Shown: positions 1 to 11,574, counted from the stretch's first letter. The stretch: 34,388 nt of DNA from Emiliania huxleyi CCMP1516 (GCF_000372725.1 NW_005201176.1:186001-220388), one strand, 5' to 3'. The notes: generated from the sequence alone by a model not told the origin. Numbers and translations are program-made.

Positions 1-481
1 CATGCCGATCTACCCAAATCTACCGAGGAGGCAGGGCCGTGAGCTGCGCAGTGAGAAGAGCGGCGGCGGAGCAGCGATCGAGACTTGGCCGCGACCCAAA
101 GCCGAGTGAAAAAAATACCCAGCGACGCCGCCAAGGTGGAGTGTGTGTCGTCGCGTGTCCTTGTCTGGTGTTTACTAGCTCCGAGTAGAGGGGGCGTTCT
201 GCTGCTAGGGGAAACCATTAAAGGGCCAGCCTGGACGACGGTGAGTGGGTGCCGCGTAATGTGGTACACAAAAGACCGGACGCTCGACAAGATCCTCCAC
301 GGACATGCAACATGAGGCGTCACAGATATACTAGGGACAGCATCGATCTGAGCTCGAGATCGATCTTCTAGATGAACAGGGGAGAGGGGCGGGAGGGGGG
401 CAAAGAGGTGCCAATAATGAACAACTTCGTAGGCTGCGGTGCCAATAAATAGATGGATAATGAATGAAAGCTTTCCTTGGC

Positions 482-2260
482 TCAATCAGTCGTAGAGCTC
501 CAGATGAGGTCACGGTCATGGCCGCACCCTGTGCCACGAGTGCAGCTGCCTGCTATCTCATCCTGGGTGCAGAGGCGAGCGCCGGCATCGGCACAAATTG
601 CCGTTGCCTCCAAGAACGTCTTGGAGTGGGCGCACTCGCCCATCTCTGGCCCCTGAGAATCACTCCACACCGAGCAACCCTGATTCCGGCGCCACGAATT
701 GGAGAGCCGCGTCTCGGAGCAACAGCGAACCTCATGCAACTCTGTATGCGCTGCAAACTTCGCTGCCTCCGTGCACCGACCGGGCCTGCCGCATTCGATC
801 CAATTCTGCGGTGGAGGCGGCGACGGCGACGGCGACGGCGGAGGCGGCGACGGGATTGGGGAAGCGAAGGGTGGCGCCAGGGGGGAGTGGTCGAGGAGAT
901 CAGAAATGAGAATGCACTCGACGCCATTGAAAACTTCGACGGCAAAGTCGCAGGCATCGCATGGCAAGAGCCCAGGCGGAGCGACCGGACCCGGCGACGG
1001 CGTAGGCGACGGCGGGGGCACTGGCAACGGCGACGGCACCGGCGAGGGCGACGGCACTGGCGACGGCGCTGGCGAGGGAGAGGGAGACGGCGCCGGCGAG
1101 GGCGACGCGCCCGAGGCGTAGGTGGCGGTCACTGTGGCGGCGCCTGTGAGGCCATTGTACCCGGCCAGGACGATGTAGTACTGCGTGTCCGCCTCGGGCA
1201 CAAAGTCGTCGATGAAGGAGCTGTAGGCGACGTTGCACGAGCCGGAGTCGCCGTCGCACGCCACCATCTCGAGACTGTCGCAGGAGCCCTTGAAGATGGA
1301 GAGGTCCGTGTCGAAGCCGCAGGCGGTCAGGTCGAGCGACACGCCTGGCCGCACGTCGTCGAGCTTGAGCCAGTAGACGGCGCCGCTGCCGGTGAACCAC
1401 GTGCCCGAGCAGAGCGAGGGATCGTAGCCGGGCGGGCCGACACCGACCGAGGTGTCGGAGATGTCCAGCGAGAAGGTGTTGGTCGAGGAGTCGCCAAAGG
1501 AGTGCGCCAGCTCGCACGAGCTGCCCGGGTTCGGCGGCGAGGGCGGCGGCGAGGGCGGCGTCGGTGGCGCAGGGCTTGATGCCTGGAGGCACTCCGATAG
1601 AGCCGCGTCGTCGAGGTCGTTGAACAGCAGCTCATTGACAGTGTTGGAGGGGAGGCCGCTGATGGTGTCTGGAGTGGCAAAGCATAGCAGAGACGTTGTG
1701 ACCTGGCCCGGGCCAAAGTTCGGCCGCAGCGCGCGGATCTGCGCCGCAACTCCCGCGACGTGCGGGCACGCCATGCTGGTTCCGGAGATAGTGGTGGTGT
1801 CCGAGTCAGAGCCGACCCACGCCGCCGTGATGCCGGAGCCAGGCGCATGGATGTCGACGCACGTGCCGTGGTTCGAGAAGCCCGACTTGGCGTCGCTGTT
1901 GGTTGTCGATCCCACGGTGACTGCGAGTGGTGTAGAGGCGGGAGAGTAGTCGCACGCATCGGCGTTGGAGTTGCCGGCTGCGACGACACTCAGGACACCC
2001 TCGGCAAAGGCGGCATTGATGGCAGCGTCAAAGCGGTTTGCCCCGCCGCCACCGAGCGACATCGAGATCACCGCTGGCAAGCCGCGATCCTTCGAGTCTG
2101 CGACCGCCCACTCGATGCCCGCGACGATGCCGGCCGTCGATCCGGAGCCGCCGCAGTTCAGCACCTGAACGGTGATGATGGTGGTGCCCTCGGCGACACC
2201 GTAGGTTGCACCCCCCGCGGTCGAGGCGCAGTGCGTGCCGTGGCCGTAAGGCCGCGAGCT
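482..2260 (-). CDS. Subtilisin-like serine protease (S8, proteinase K-like), 5'-truncated, with Pro-rich linkers and Cys-rich C-terminal domains
   Basis: ORF 482..2500 contains HGTHCAST (catalytic His), VISMSLGG, VAAGNSN (oxyanion Asn) and ISGTSMACPHVAG (catalytic Ser). Sequence upstream of ~2250 does not look like S8, and no catalytic-Asp motif, propeptide or signal peptide is visible. Confidence 0.9.
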   Translation of the reverse strand, partial: SSRPYGHGTHCASTAGGATYGVAEGTTIITVQVLNCGGSGSTAGIVAGIEWAVADSKDRGLPAVISMSLGGGGANRFDAAINAAFAEGVLSVVAAGNSNADACDYSPASTPLAVTVGSTTNSDAKSGFSNHGTCVDIHAPGSGITAAWVGSDSDTTTISGTSMACPHVAGVAAQIRALRPNFGPGQVTTSLLCFATPDTISGLPSNTVNELLFNDLDDAALSECLQASSPAPPTPPSPPPSPPNPGSSCELAHSFGDSSTNTFSLDISDTSVGVGPPGYDPSLCSGTWFTGSGAVYWLKLDDVRPGVSLDLTACGFDTDLSIFKGSCDSLEMVACDGDSGSCNVAYSSFIDDFVPEADTQYYIVLAGYNGLTGAATVTATYASGASPSPAPSPSPSPAPSPVPSPSPVPSPLPVPPPSPTPSPGPVAPPGLLPCDACDFAVEVFNGVECILISDLLDHSPLAPPFASPIPSPPPPSPSPSPPPPQNWIECGRPGRCTEAAKFAAHTELHEVRCCSETRLSNSWRRNQGCSVWSDSQGPEMGECAHSKTFLEATAICADAGARLCTQDEIAGSCTRGTGCGHDRDLIWSSTTD

Positions 2261-2625
2261 ATGCAGGTGGTCAATTGTGCAGCATGGCACGGTCAGCAGC
2301 GCCGACAGGCTGTCGCAAGGCGTGATAGCATGGCCGCAAGTACGCCGAATTCCCATGAAACAAGTGACACTTCGGAAGTGAAAAATTGCGCAAAAAAAGA
2401 CAAATCCTGAAAAAATCGGCGCCTGCGGCGGGCCATCCGACCCCATCTCCCCCCCGCATGGATACCCTCTAGGGCCCAGAGTTGAATTCTCCTCCCTCAC
2501 GGCGCTCAGGCTCGAGGCTGTTCCATCTCCCCCCTCATCTCGTTCCCACCACTGACACCACTGTTATGTTGAACGTCTGTTGAACGGCGACGCGTTCCAT
2601 TCCATTCTATTTTCTCTGCGCGGTA

Positions 2626-2722
2626 ACCCACGCGCTAACCCGCGAGCTAAACCCGCGAGCTAAACCCGCACGCTAACCCACACGCTAACCCACAGCCACA
2701 CACGCTAACCCACGCGCTAACC
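2626..2722 (+). repeat. Minisatellite with ~12-13 bp units containing CTAACCC
   Basis: About 7 degenerate copies of (g)ctaaccc(a/g)c(a/g)c read directly from the sequence. Confidence 0.8.
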
Positions 2723-3099
2723 TGGGGGCTAGAACAAACCCACACGGGAAGAGTTTCCGCGAGGATCGCCGTCCGCGCGCAGCGCCGGACCGGCGACGCA
2801 GGTCTTCGCCCAGATGATGGCAGGGTGCCCGCCCTCCACCCAGCTCCCCACACACTCTCTGGTGTCTGAGAGATGCTCGCACTCTGTGGCATTGGTAGGC
2901 TATGCCACTTTCCCGCGCCACCGCCCACCCTTCGTACGGCTGTGTGAGCAGCTCCCGGCGGGACCTCGAGGGACTGCACGCGCGCCCGCGCGGCGCGGGG
3001 CCCAGCCCACAGCCACGATCGTTCACAAGAGAACGCACCCCAGAGTACGAGAGACCCTTCCCCACGGCTGCCACTGCGCCAGCTGTCCTTGCGCGCGGG

Positions 3100-5374
3100 C
3101 TAGGCCGCCTCCCGCGCCCTGGCCCTCGCAGCGGCACCTGACGCGCGCCTTGCCTTCGCTGCGGCGAGCGCCGCCTCTGCCGCCGCTACTGCCGCCTCGG
3201 CCGCCGCTACTGCCGCCTCCTCCTCCGCTGCGGCAGCCTCCTCCTCCTCTGCCGCTGCCACGGCCGCAGCCTCCGCCTCAGCCTGCCGGCGCGCCTCCGC
3301 TGCCGCCTCCTCGCCCTCCTCCTCGCCCTCCTCCTCGCCCTCCTCCTCGCCCTCCTCCTCGGCCGCCTCCGCCGTCTCCTCGTCGCCCTCCTCCTCGCTC
3401 GCCTCGCCCGCCGCCTCTCCCAGCGCCTCCGCCAACCCCTCGACCGACGTCTCCGCCGTGATGCCGAACCGGATCCTGTCCTCGTGGAGCTCCGCGAGAA
3501 GCCGGAGCAGCCCCTCCCTGTCCAACGGCGCGGGCTTGGCTGCGGCTGCCTCCGCCGGCGCCTCTTTCTCCTGCGACGGCCCAGCGCTGCCACTCCCGCC
3601 GCCCTTCTTCTTCTTCTTCTTGCCCTTCTTGCCCTTGGCGCGCTTCTCCGCCTCGACCTCCGCCAGCAGCTCCTCGGCGTGCCGCGCCGCCTCCTTCTCC
3701 GCCGCCGCCCTCTCCGCCGCCCTCGCCGCCGCCCCCGCAGCCCTCGCCGCCTCCTTCGCTGCCGCCTCGGCCGCCGCCTCGGCCGCCGCATGCTCCTCGA
3801 GGGCGCGCACGCACTCGGCGTGGCCCCTCTCCTTGGCGTACTGCAGCGCGGTCTTGCCCTTCTTAGTGCACAGCGTCATGTCTGCGCCCGCCCGCAGCAA
3901 GCGGAGCACGACGGCGGGGCGGTCGCCGAGGGCGGCGGCCATCAGAGCGGTGTCGAAGTCGTTGTCCTGCATGTCGATCTCCGCGCCGCCGGATCAGCGT
4001 GTCTACAACCCGCTCGTGGCCTCTGTAGGCGGCCTCCATCAGCGCAGTGCTGCCAATCTTGTTTGGCTGGTCGATCTCCGCGCCACGCCGCAATGCCAGC
4101 TCGACCAGGTTCTCGTGGCCGTTCGCGGCGGCGAGGCTCAGCGCGGTGCCACCGCTGTTGTTCTGCAACGAGACATCCGCGCCGCGCCGGAGAAGCGCCT
4201 CGGCCAGCTCCGCGTGGCTATAGCCCATCGCAAGCATCAGCAGCGTCATGCCGCTCAGACGGGAGCCGCTATCAAAGATGCACTCGAACGTCGCGTCGAC
4301 CCGCCCGCCGCCGTCGAACCACGCCAGCACCGCCGCATCTTCGCCTCGCTTTGCCGCTAGCACGACCTCCTCTGGCACCGCCTCGCTGCTCGGCTCGGCC
4401 TCCGCGCCGCCCTCGCCGATCAAAGCAGAGGCCGCGGCACTGGCGCCCGACGCCGCCTCGCTTGCGGGTGCGCCGCCCACCTCGCCGATCTCCTCGGAAA
4501 GAGGCCCGCTGCTGCCGCCCTCGCCGCCCGAAATGCCTGCCCCTGCGCCGCCCGCCTCGACCGCCGCCGCCTCGCGCCGGCCCGCCGCCTCGCGCCGGCT
4601 CGCCATCACCTCCCCGAGATACGTCCTGACGGCTGCGACGCACTCGGTGTGGCCGTTCTCCTTGGCGATCTGCGGCGCCGTCATGCCCGCCGCAGTGCGC
4701 AACGTCATGTCTGCGCCCGCCCGCAGCAAGCGGAGCACCACGGCGGGATGGTTGTGGAATGCGGCCCCTATCAGCGCGGTGCCGCCGCCGCGGCGCTGCT
4801 GATTGATCTCCGCCCCGTGCTGAATCAGCACGTCGACCACCCGCTCGTGGCCCTCGAGCGCGGCGGACATCAGCGCGGCGCAGCCGACGCTGCTCTGCAG
4901 GTTGATCTCCACGCCGTGCCGCAGCAGCACCTCGACCACCTGCTCGTAGCCCCAGCGGGCGGCGGCCATCAGCGCCGTATAGCCTTCGCTGTCTCGCGCG
5001 TTCACCTCCGCGCCCCGCTTCAGCAGCAGTTCGACCACCTGCTCGTGGCCGTAGGCGGCGGCGGCCATCAGCGCCGTACAACCTTCGCTGTCTCGCGCGT
5101 CCGCCTCCGCGCCGCGCTTCAGCAGAACCTCGACCAGCTGCTTGTGACCGTGTTCGGCGGCGATCAGCAGGAGCGTACAGCCACTCACGTCGCTACGCAC
5201 GCACGTTGCGTCAACCCGCCCATCCCCGCTGAAGAGCCACGTCTGCACCACGTCGACCTTGCCGTTCTCCGCCGCCGCCTCGATCCTTTTCGGCAGCGAG
5301 AGCGGCGCAGCAGTAGCCGCCGTTGATGCAACCCCGCGGGACCCGACTGAGCTAGCTTTCGTCCGGCGGGGCAT
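3100..5374 (-). pseudogene. Ankyrin-repeat protein (two ANK blocks plus a Lys-rich and Glu/Ala-rich tail) with one frameshift near 3990
   Basis: Repeated G-x-TALMxAA--GH--VV-LLL-RGA motifs in ORFs 3863..5374 and 3100..3972. The frames join at atc-cgg-c-ggc-gcg-gag-atc-gac-atg, about 2 nt short of IRRGAEIDM. This could also be a sequencing error. Confidence 0.85.
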
Positions 5375-6704
5375 GACGCAGGTAAGTTAGGGAGGGTTTC
5401 GACAGGGTTTCGAAAAAAGAATTTTAAGCGTTTTTAGCCGCACTGGCACACACTGGCACTAAACACACACACACGCACATGCATGCATGCACAGACAAAC
5501 AGCCCCTTCCCCTTCCCCCTCAAAACAAGGGCGAGGACACACACAGGACGCACCTCTACTCGAGTAGCGAGGCCCGCATGTATGTGGGAGACTCCTGCCG
5601 CCGCCCCTGCCACCCCTGTGTCAGTGTGCCTGTGGTTGCGAGAGACTGCCAGTGAGAAGCTGGAGGCAGGTCGCTAGCTAGACTATTTCGGACGGACGAA
5701 AAACACCCCCCTTTTATGCCTGACCCTGGGTATGGTCTCTCTGGGGTGAGCTGGGTCGGCCACCTCCGGGGCTGCAACTCGTACGGTGGGTCCGCATCCG
5801 GGCGAGCATCCGAGGCCTGCGGTTGTCCCTTCGCTGGGCGCGACCGCCATGGAGATCCGCTGCACACAGATCAGTGTCTTTGGCGACTATTGCTCGCTCT
5901 CTGTGCAGTCGCAACGCCAGAGGCCGTGCTTGGAGAATGGGTCGCAATGCTGCTGCGCCAGTGGATTGAGCCGCTTCGCAAGCTCCATCGGTGAGCTGCG
6001 GTGGCGCGCCGGCCGCTTCATGCATAGCTCTCCGGCGAGCGACCGCAAACGCGTTTTCCGTCCGCCCGTTTCATCGAGTGGTAAAATGCAATCGAAGTTG
6101 CCCGAATGGTAAAGTGCAACTTTGGCATTTGGTAAAAGTTGCCCGAGTGGTCAGTGGGGAAAAAACCAAAGCGGAAAGGTGGCCCCAAGAGCTAAAGGTC
6201 AACATCCCCTCCGGCTACGACAATGCGAACCTGATCTGGTCCTCACGGGGTTGACCCGTCTCCTCTAGATCAAAAAGGACTTCATGAACGGCCGAGCAAT
6301 ATTTCTTCACTACTATTATTAATTGATGCTTTTTGCACGGCTGAGCCCCCCCCCCCCCTTCCCCTGCGCTCATTCCCTGCCCTCTCCCACCACACACTCC
6401 GTCAGAGCCCCCTCCCCTCTTGAACAGGAATTTTGACAATTAACCAGATGGATCAATGACAATCGATGGGCTTGCCCATCCCGGAGTGGTTCGATCCCAC
6501 ATAAATCCGAGACGGTGATGGGAGGGTCGTGTGGTGGTCTCAGGCCCAGTGAGGTAGTGCATCTGCCACTCCCGGATCCTGCTGAACAAGCTCCTCTTGT
6601 AGCTCGATCGGTCACACCGCCATCGCCGTCGGGGAGAGGGGGGACGACACTGCTTTGGCAGCGTGCACCTCGATCCTGTACCGTGTTTGTTATGACCCCC
6701 CCCA

Positions 6705-7648
6705 ATGAACACACCAGTGAGGGAGGGCGAGACCCGAGACGATCGAGGGGTGGCGGCAAACGGCTGCGCGGTGAGCACAGTCGCACTCCTCTGTGTAGCG
6801 CCTCAGGGTGAAGGGGGGGCATGCCGGGTCAAGCTGAGACTAATGGTAGAGGCACCAGGGGTCGTTCTTCGCCCACAGCAGCAACTGACAGAACAGGCGC
6901 AACGACGCCCGCCCGACTGGGTGGCATACACAGACGGGTCGGAGGACCTAGGGAAAGCAGGGTGGGCCTATACAGTACTCATCGGGGGCGACGCAATCGG
7001 CGATAGGGGCGCGTCGCTGGCGAGCGAGGGCTACGGGCCAGTTGTCACTTCGGCGGCGCACCCAGCCTACCTCGGCGCGAGAAAGCATACCAACAACACG
7101 GCGGAACTAACCGCCCTGGCCGAGCTCCTCCGTGCTCTCCTGTCCTCGTCACCGCAACGAGCGGGCTCACGCGGAGTAGTGCGGACCGATAGCGAGTACG
7201 CGGCGGCGTGCATGATGGGGAGGGTGACCCCCAAAACGAACAGACAGCTAGCGGAACGCCTTCGTTCCCTCTGGCGACGCCTTCGCGCCAAACACACCGT
7301 GACGTGGAGGCATGTGGCGGGTCACAGCGGCAACAAATGGAACGACTACGTCGACGAGCTAGCTGCTCGCGGCAGGCAAGGTGACAGAGGCTCAAACGCT
7401 ACCGAGTGGGCGGACAACACCATCCCGACGGACAATCCCGACGACGGGAGCGACACGGAAGGACCCGCCCCCGCCCCTCGGGGCGGGGGCCCCCGCCCCC
7501 CCGAGGGGCCCTTTGGGGCCCCTCCAGGGGGCGACCCCTCCGGGGAGGCCGGCCTTCCCCGTGCCGGTTCTCCCCAACCAACCCCGCCGGCAGCGCGAGC
7601 TGCCGGCCACATTGAGCGGTTCGTCCGCGTCGCGCACTCGTCCCAACC

Positions 7649-7658
<10 letters not shown>
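6705..7658 (+). mobile_element. RNase H (type 1) domain ORF, probably a retroelement fragment, interrupted at its 3' end by a retroposon
   Basis: AYTDGS, TNNTAEL, RTDSEY and HVAGHSGNKWNDYVDELA supply the D-E-D-(H)-D RNase HI residues (core ~6920-7375). No reverse transcriptase was seen nearby. Confidence 0.8.
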
Positions 7659-8131
<473 letters not shown>

Positions 8132-8604
8132 TACCGGGGGCCGCAGACTCGTTCTGCGCGCCAACGGCTGGTGACGCTGTGTTGCCCTTGAGCTAGTCCT
8201 TCCCCGGTCGCCTAGCCTCTGCGCTGTCTGGCGGACGCCTGTATGCCATGCGCGCGGACCACGCTTGCGTGGATTTGTGGCTGGCAGGCTGACCCGTGTG
8301 CGGGGTAACCCGCGCGCGGGGAAGCTTCACGGGTTCGAGTCGTCAAACATTGAGCAGCGGAGGTGTGCCGAGGGGGACCGGGAGGCGGTAAGTCGTCGTC
8401 GCCCGGCGCTGCTTGCAGCACCATGGCGAGGGCGCTAAGAGGTTCCTCTTTTCCGCGCCCCCCCCGCAAGGCGCGCGATACACACACACACTCACTCACT
8501 CACGCAAAGATGGATGTGGCGTGTGCGAGCGATAGAAAAGAAAGAAAGAATTTTACTATACAAGCCCCTCTGCAGAAAGAAAGAAGGCAAAACCAGATTT
8601 CTTT

Positions 8605-8638
8605 CAACGCGGCCAAAGGATATCCACCTCGAGAACCT
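8605..8638 (+). repeat. 34-bp sequence with a perfect inverted copy at 22246-22279
   Basis: CAACGCGGCCAAAGGATATCCACCTCGAGAACCT is the reverse complement of 22246-22279. Confidence 0.9.
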
Positions 8639-9091
8639 ATAGAGATTTCTTTGTTCGGAGTTTGGAGCTCCCACATTTGTAAATTCTTTTGTTCGTTTCA
8701 TGAATTCCACTGGTAAAATGGGCAAAAACGGGGTGATTTTGGTCATCCGTCAAAATATCTGAAGATCCCAATATAGGATTCTCCCCAAACCTTGCTCAGC
8801 TGATCCAGCACGGGCCGTAGGCCAGCCCTGGGCAAAGAAACCAGTACCTCATCGGGCTTCCCTGAGCGTCACAGCTCGGTGATCGCGCCGGCCGGACACC
8901 ACTGAGACGGCCGTTCCGGGCATTTGAACGCGACCTTCGGGGGCAAAGACATGGGCTCTATGGCTCAGACTGGACTCCTCTTGGTCCCTTCTGATGCCCT
9001 AGGCCACACCTGGGCCTTACCTGGGGTCCTAGGGGCCGGGCAGGGTTTGCCCCCCCCAACTGGCCCGAGCACGTTAAATTCTTTTCTCGCG

Positions 9092-10516
9092 ATGTCCACC
9101 CCACCGCGCCGCCGCTCGCGCCGCCTCGCCTCCGTCTCCACCGCCGCCCCCTCGCCAGACACGCCGCCGCCCGCCCGCCTCCTCGACCTCCCCACGGACC
9201 TCCTCGTGCGCGTCGTCTCTCGCTGCGACCCCGTCGACATTGCTCGCGCCGCGGCCGTCTCCCTCCTCTTCCACGCCTCGCTTGCGGTGGAGGCCATCCG
9301 CTTGTGGGCGCAAGAGCGCGGCTTCGAGCTGCCGGCGCTGCCGGAGGGCGAGGGTTGTGCCGTGAGGTGGCTGTGCTTCGCTGCGCGGCTGTGCGAGTCC
9401 AACCCGCCGGTGAGGGCGGCGGCAGGCGTGTTCCACAGCGTCTTCATCGATGGCGAGGGGAGGCTCTCGACGTGCGGCAGGGCGCCGGACTGGAATCCAG
9501 CGCTGCTCGGGCACGGCGAGGGCGTGACGCAGCTCAACAAGCCGACCCGCCTCCCCTCCTCGCTGGGCGACGAGCGCGCCGTGAGCGTGTCGGCTGGAGA
9601 TGTCCACAGCCTCGCCCTTGCCGGCGGCGGCAGCGTCTGGAGCTGGGGTTGGGGAGCCGCAAGCCAGTTGGGCCACGGCGACGAGCAGAGCAAGTCGCCG
9701 CCCAAGAAGGTCGAGGCGTTAGCTGGCCAGCGCGTCGTCGCTGTGTCGGCTGGAGGGGCGCACAGCCTCGCCCTCACCGCCACCGGCGCCGTTTGGAGCT
9801 GGGGCTTGGGAGCAAATGGCATGTTGGGCCACGGCGACGAGCAGAGCCAGCTGCTGCCGAAGAAGATCGAGGCATTCGCTGGGCAGCGCGTCGTCGCTGT
9901 GTCGGCTGGAGACGCCCACAGCCTCGCCATCACTGCCGACGGCGCCGTCTGGAGCTGGGGCTATGGATACAACGGCCGGTTGGGCCACGGCGTCGAGCAG
10001 CACCAGCTGCTGCCCAAGAAGGTCGAGGCCTTGGCGGAGCAGCGCGTCGTCGCTGTCTCGGCAGGACACGATCACAGCATCGCCATCACTGCCAGCGGTG
10101 CTGTCTGGAGCTGGGGCTTGGGAGCCAATGGCATGTTGGGCCACGGCGACGAGCAGAGCCAGCTGCTGCCGAAGAAGGTCGAGGCCTTTGCTGACCAACG
10201 CGTGGTCGCTATGTCGGCTGGACAGCACCACAGCCTCGCCCTCACCGCTGACGGCGCCGTCTGGAGCTGGGGCGGTGGAATCTATGGCATGCTGGGCCAC
10301 GGCGACCAGCGGCGCCAGCTGCTGCCGAAGAAGGTCGAGGCCTTTGCTGGCCAGCGTGTCGTCGCTGTGTCCGCATGGGCCCGCCGCAGCATCGCCATCA
10401 CCGCCGACGGCGCTGTCTTTACCTGGGGCAAGGGCGACGACGGCTGCCTAGGCCACGGGGAGGACTTGTCAAACCAGCTGCTGCCCAAAAAGATCGAGGC
10501 GAGCGGCGGAGAGTGA
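9092..10516 (+). CDS. F-box-like domain + RCC1-repeat protein, copy 1 (intronless)
   Basis: In-frame ATG at 9092. N-terminal LLDLPTDLLVRVVSRCDPVDIARAAAVS resembles an F-box. It is followed by ~6-7 RCC1 repeats of the form VSAGxxHSLALTADGAVWSWGxGxxGxLGHGD--QLLPKKVE. Confidence 0.9.
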   Translation: MSTPPRRRSRRLASVSTAAPSPDTPPPARLLDLPTDLLVRVVSRCDPVDIARAAAVSLLFHASLAVEAIRLWAQERGFELPALPEGEGCAVRWLCFAARLCESNPPVRAAAGVFHSVFIDGEGRLSTCGRAPDWNPALLGHGEGVTQLNKPTRLPSSLGDERAVSVSAGDVHSLALAGGGSVWSWGWGAASQLGHGDEQSKSPPKKVEALAGQRVVAVSAGGAHSLALTATGAVWSWGLGANGMLGHGDEQSQLLPKKIEAFAGQRVVAVSAGDAHSLAITADGAVWSWGYGYNGRLGHGVEQHQLLPKKVEALAEQRVVAVSAGHDHSIAITASGAVWSWGLGANGMLGHGDEQSQLLPKKVEAFADQRVVAMSAGQHHSLALTADGAVWSWGGGIYGMLGHGDQRRQLLPKKVEAFAGQRVVAVSAWARRSIAITADGAVFTWGKGDDGCLGHGEDLSNQLLPKKIEASGGE

Positions 10517-10716
10517 ACTCATCGGGGAGAGCGGTCATGTGGCAATTTGTTCTTCTCACGGGCACACAGGGATTGTGAGCAGGCAGCACGCCGTCAATGA
10601 AAGGCCGTTCATTTAGGAGATGGGTAAAAGGAACAGCTCCCCGCCCGTGCGATGGGTGTTTATTTTAAAGAAAAAGCCGCGACATTTTTTTGTTCGTTTC
10701 ATCGCAACACTTCGCC

Positions 10717-11574
10717 ATGCTCCGCTCGACTGCGGCGCCCGCGCTCCGCCGTGCGGCGCCCGCGCTCCGCCGTGCGGCGCCGCTCTGCGCTGCGGCGCCC
10801 GCGCTGCTGGCGTGCCGCGGGCTCGCGACGGGCCCCGCCTCGGGCGGTGCCGTTTCCGACGAGATGCTCGAAAAGCTCGGCACTCTCTCGACGCAGGCGC
10901 TCGTCGACGGCCTCTGGGTCATGGGCTGGCCTCCGGCGATGGTGGAGGGTGCGCGCGGGCTGAAGCCGGGCCAAAAGTGCAAGGGCCGCGCGATCACGCT
11001 GCGCATGGTCCCGCAGCGGCCCGACATCGCCGCCGACAAGCCGGCGGGCGAGATTTCGCCCGAGTACGAGGCCTTCGAGCTGTGTGGCCCGAAGGAGGTG
11101 CTCTGCATCTCGTCAGTCGGGCCGTGGGAGTCGGTGGGCGGCGACATCAAGTTCCTGCGGCTAAAGCAGCTCGGCCTAGGCGGGCTCGTCACCGACGGAT
11201 CCGTCCGTGACACCGACGAGATCCTGTCGTACGGCTTCCCTTGCTTCTCGCACTCGACGACCGCCAAGCAGGGCCCGGCGGCGATGCAGCCGTGGGAGTG
11301 CAACGGCGTGATCGAGCTGGGGCAGACCAACCCGGTCGTGGTCCGCCCGGGCGACGCCATCATCGGCGACCAGGACGGCGTGGTCGTCGTGCCCGCGGCG
11401 GCGGCCGAGAAGGTGTACGAGATTGCACACTTCCGCGAGACGGTCGAGGGCATCATCAAGGAGGAGCTGGTCAAGAACCCGGGACCACCGGGCAAGTACT
11501 ACCCCTTCAAGCCGCCCATCAAGCCCGAGTCGCCGCTCGGCAAGCTGCTCGACTCCAAGGGCATCAAGTACTAG
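10717..11574 (+). CDS. RraA/HMG-CHA aldolase-family protein with a putative mitochondrial presequence (intronless)
   Basis: Motifs GRAITLR, GGDI, GLGGLVTDGSVRDTDEI and VRPGDAIIGDQDGVVVVP are typical of RraA-like proteins. The N-terminus is Arg/Ala-rich, lacks acidic residues and ends in CRGLA. Confidence 0.88.
   Translation: MLRSTAAPALRRAAPALRRAAPLCAAAPALLACRGLATGPASGGAVSDEMLEKLGTLSTQALVDGLWVMGWPPAMVEGARGLKPGQKCKGRAITLRMVPQRPDIAADKPAGEISPEYEAFELCGPKEVLCISSVGPWESVGGDIKFLRLKQLGLGGLVTDGSVRDTDEILSYGFPCFSHSTTAKQGPAAMQPWECNGVIELGQTNPVVVRPGDAIIGDQDGVVVVPAAAAEKVYEIAHFRETVEGIIKEELVKNPGPPGKYYPFKPPIKPESPLGKLLDSKGIKY

Noticed and set aside
464..1579. Long Arg-rich ORFs antisense to or overlapping the subtilisin, ankyrin, RCC1 and RraA genes
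   Set aside because: They are shadow ORFs caused by high GC content and codon bias, with no independent motifs.
5560..6440. Possible TE remnants and short ORFs between the ankyrin gene and the RNase H ORF
   Set aside because: No paired ends, TSD or recognisable protein motif within the window.
9092..10516. UVR8 photoreceptor identity for the RCC1 proteins
   Set aside because: The GWRHT tryptophan-triad motifs are absent and an F-box-like N-terminus is present.
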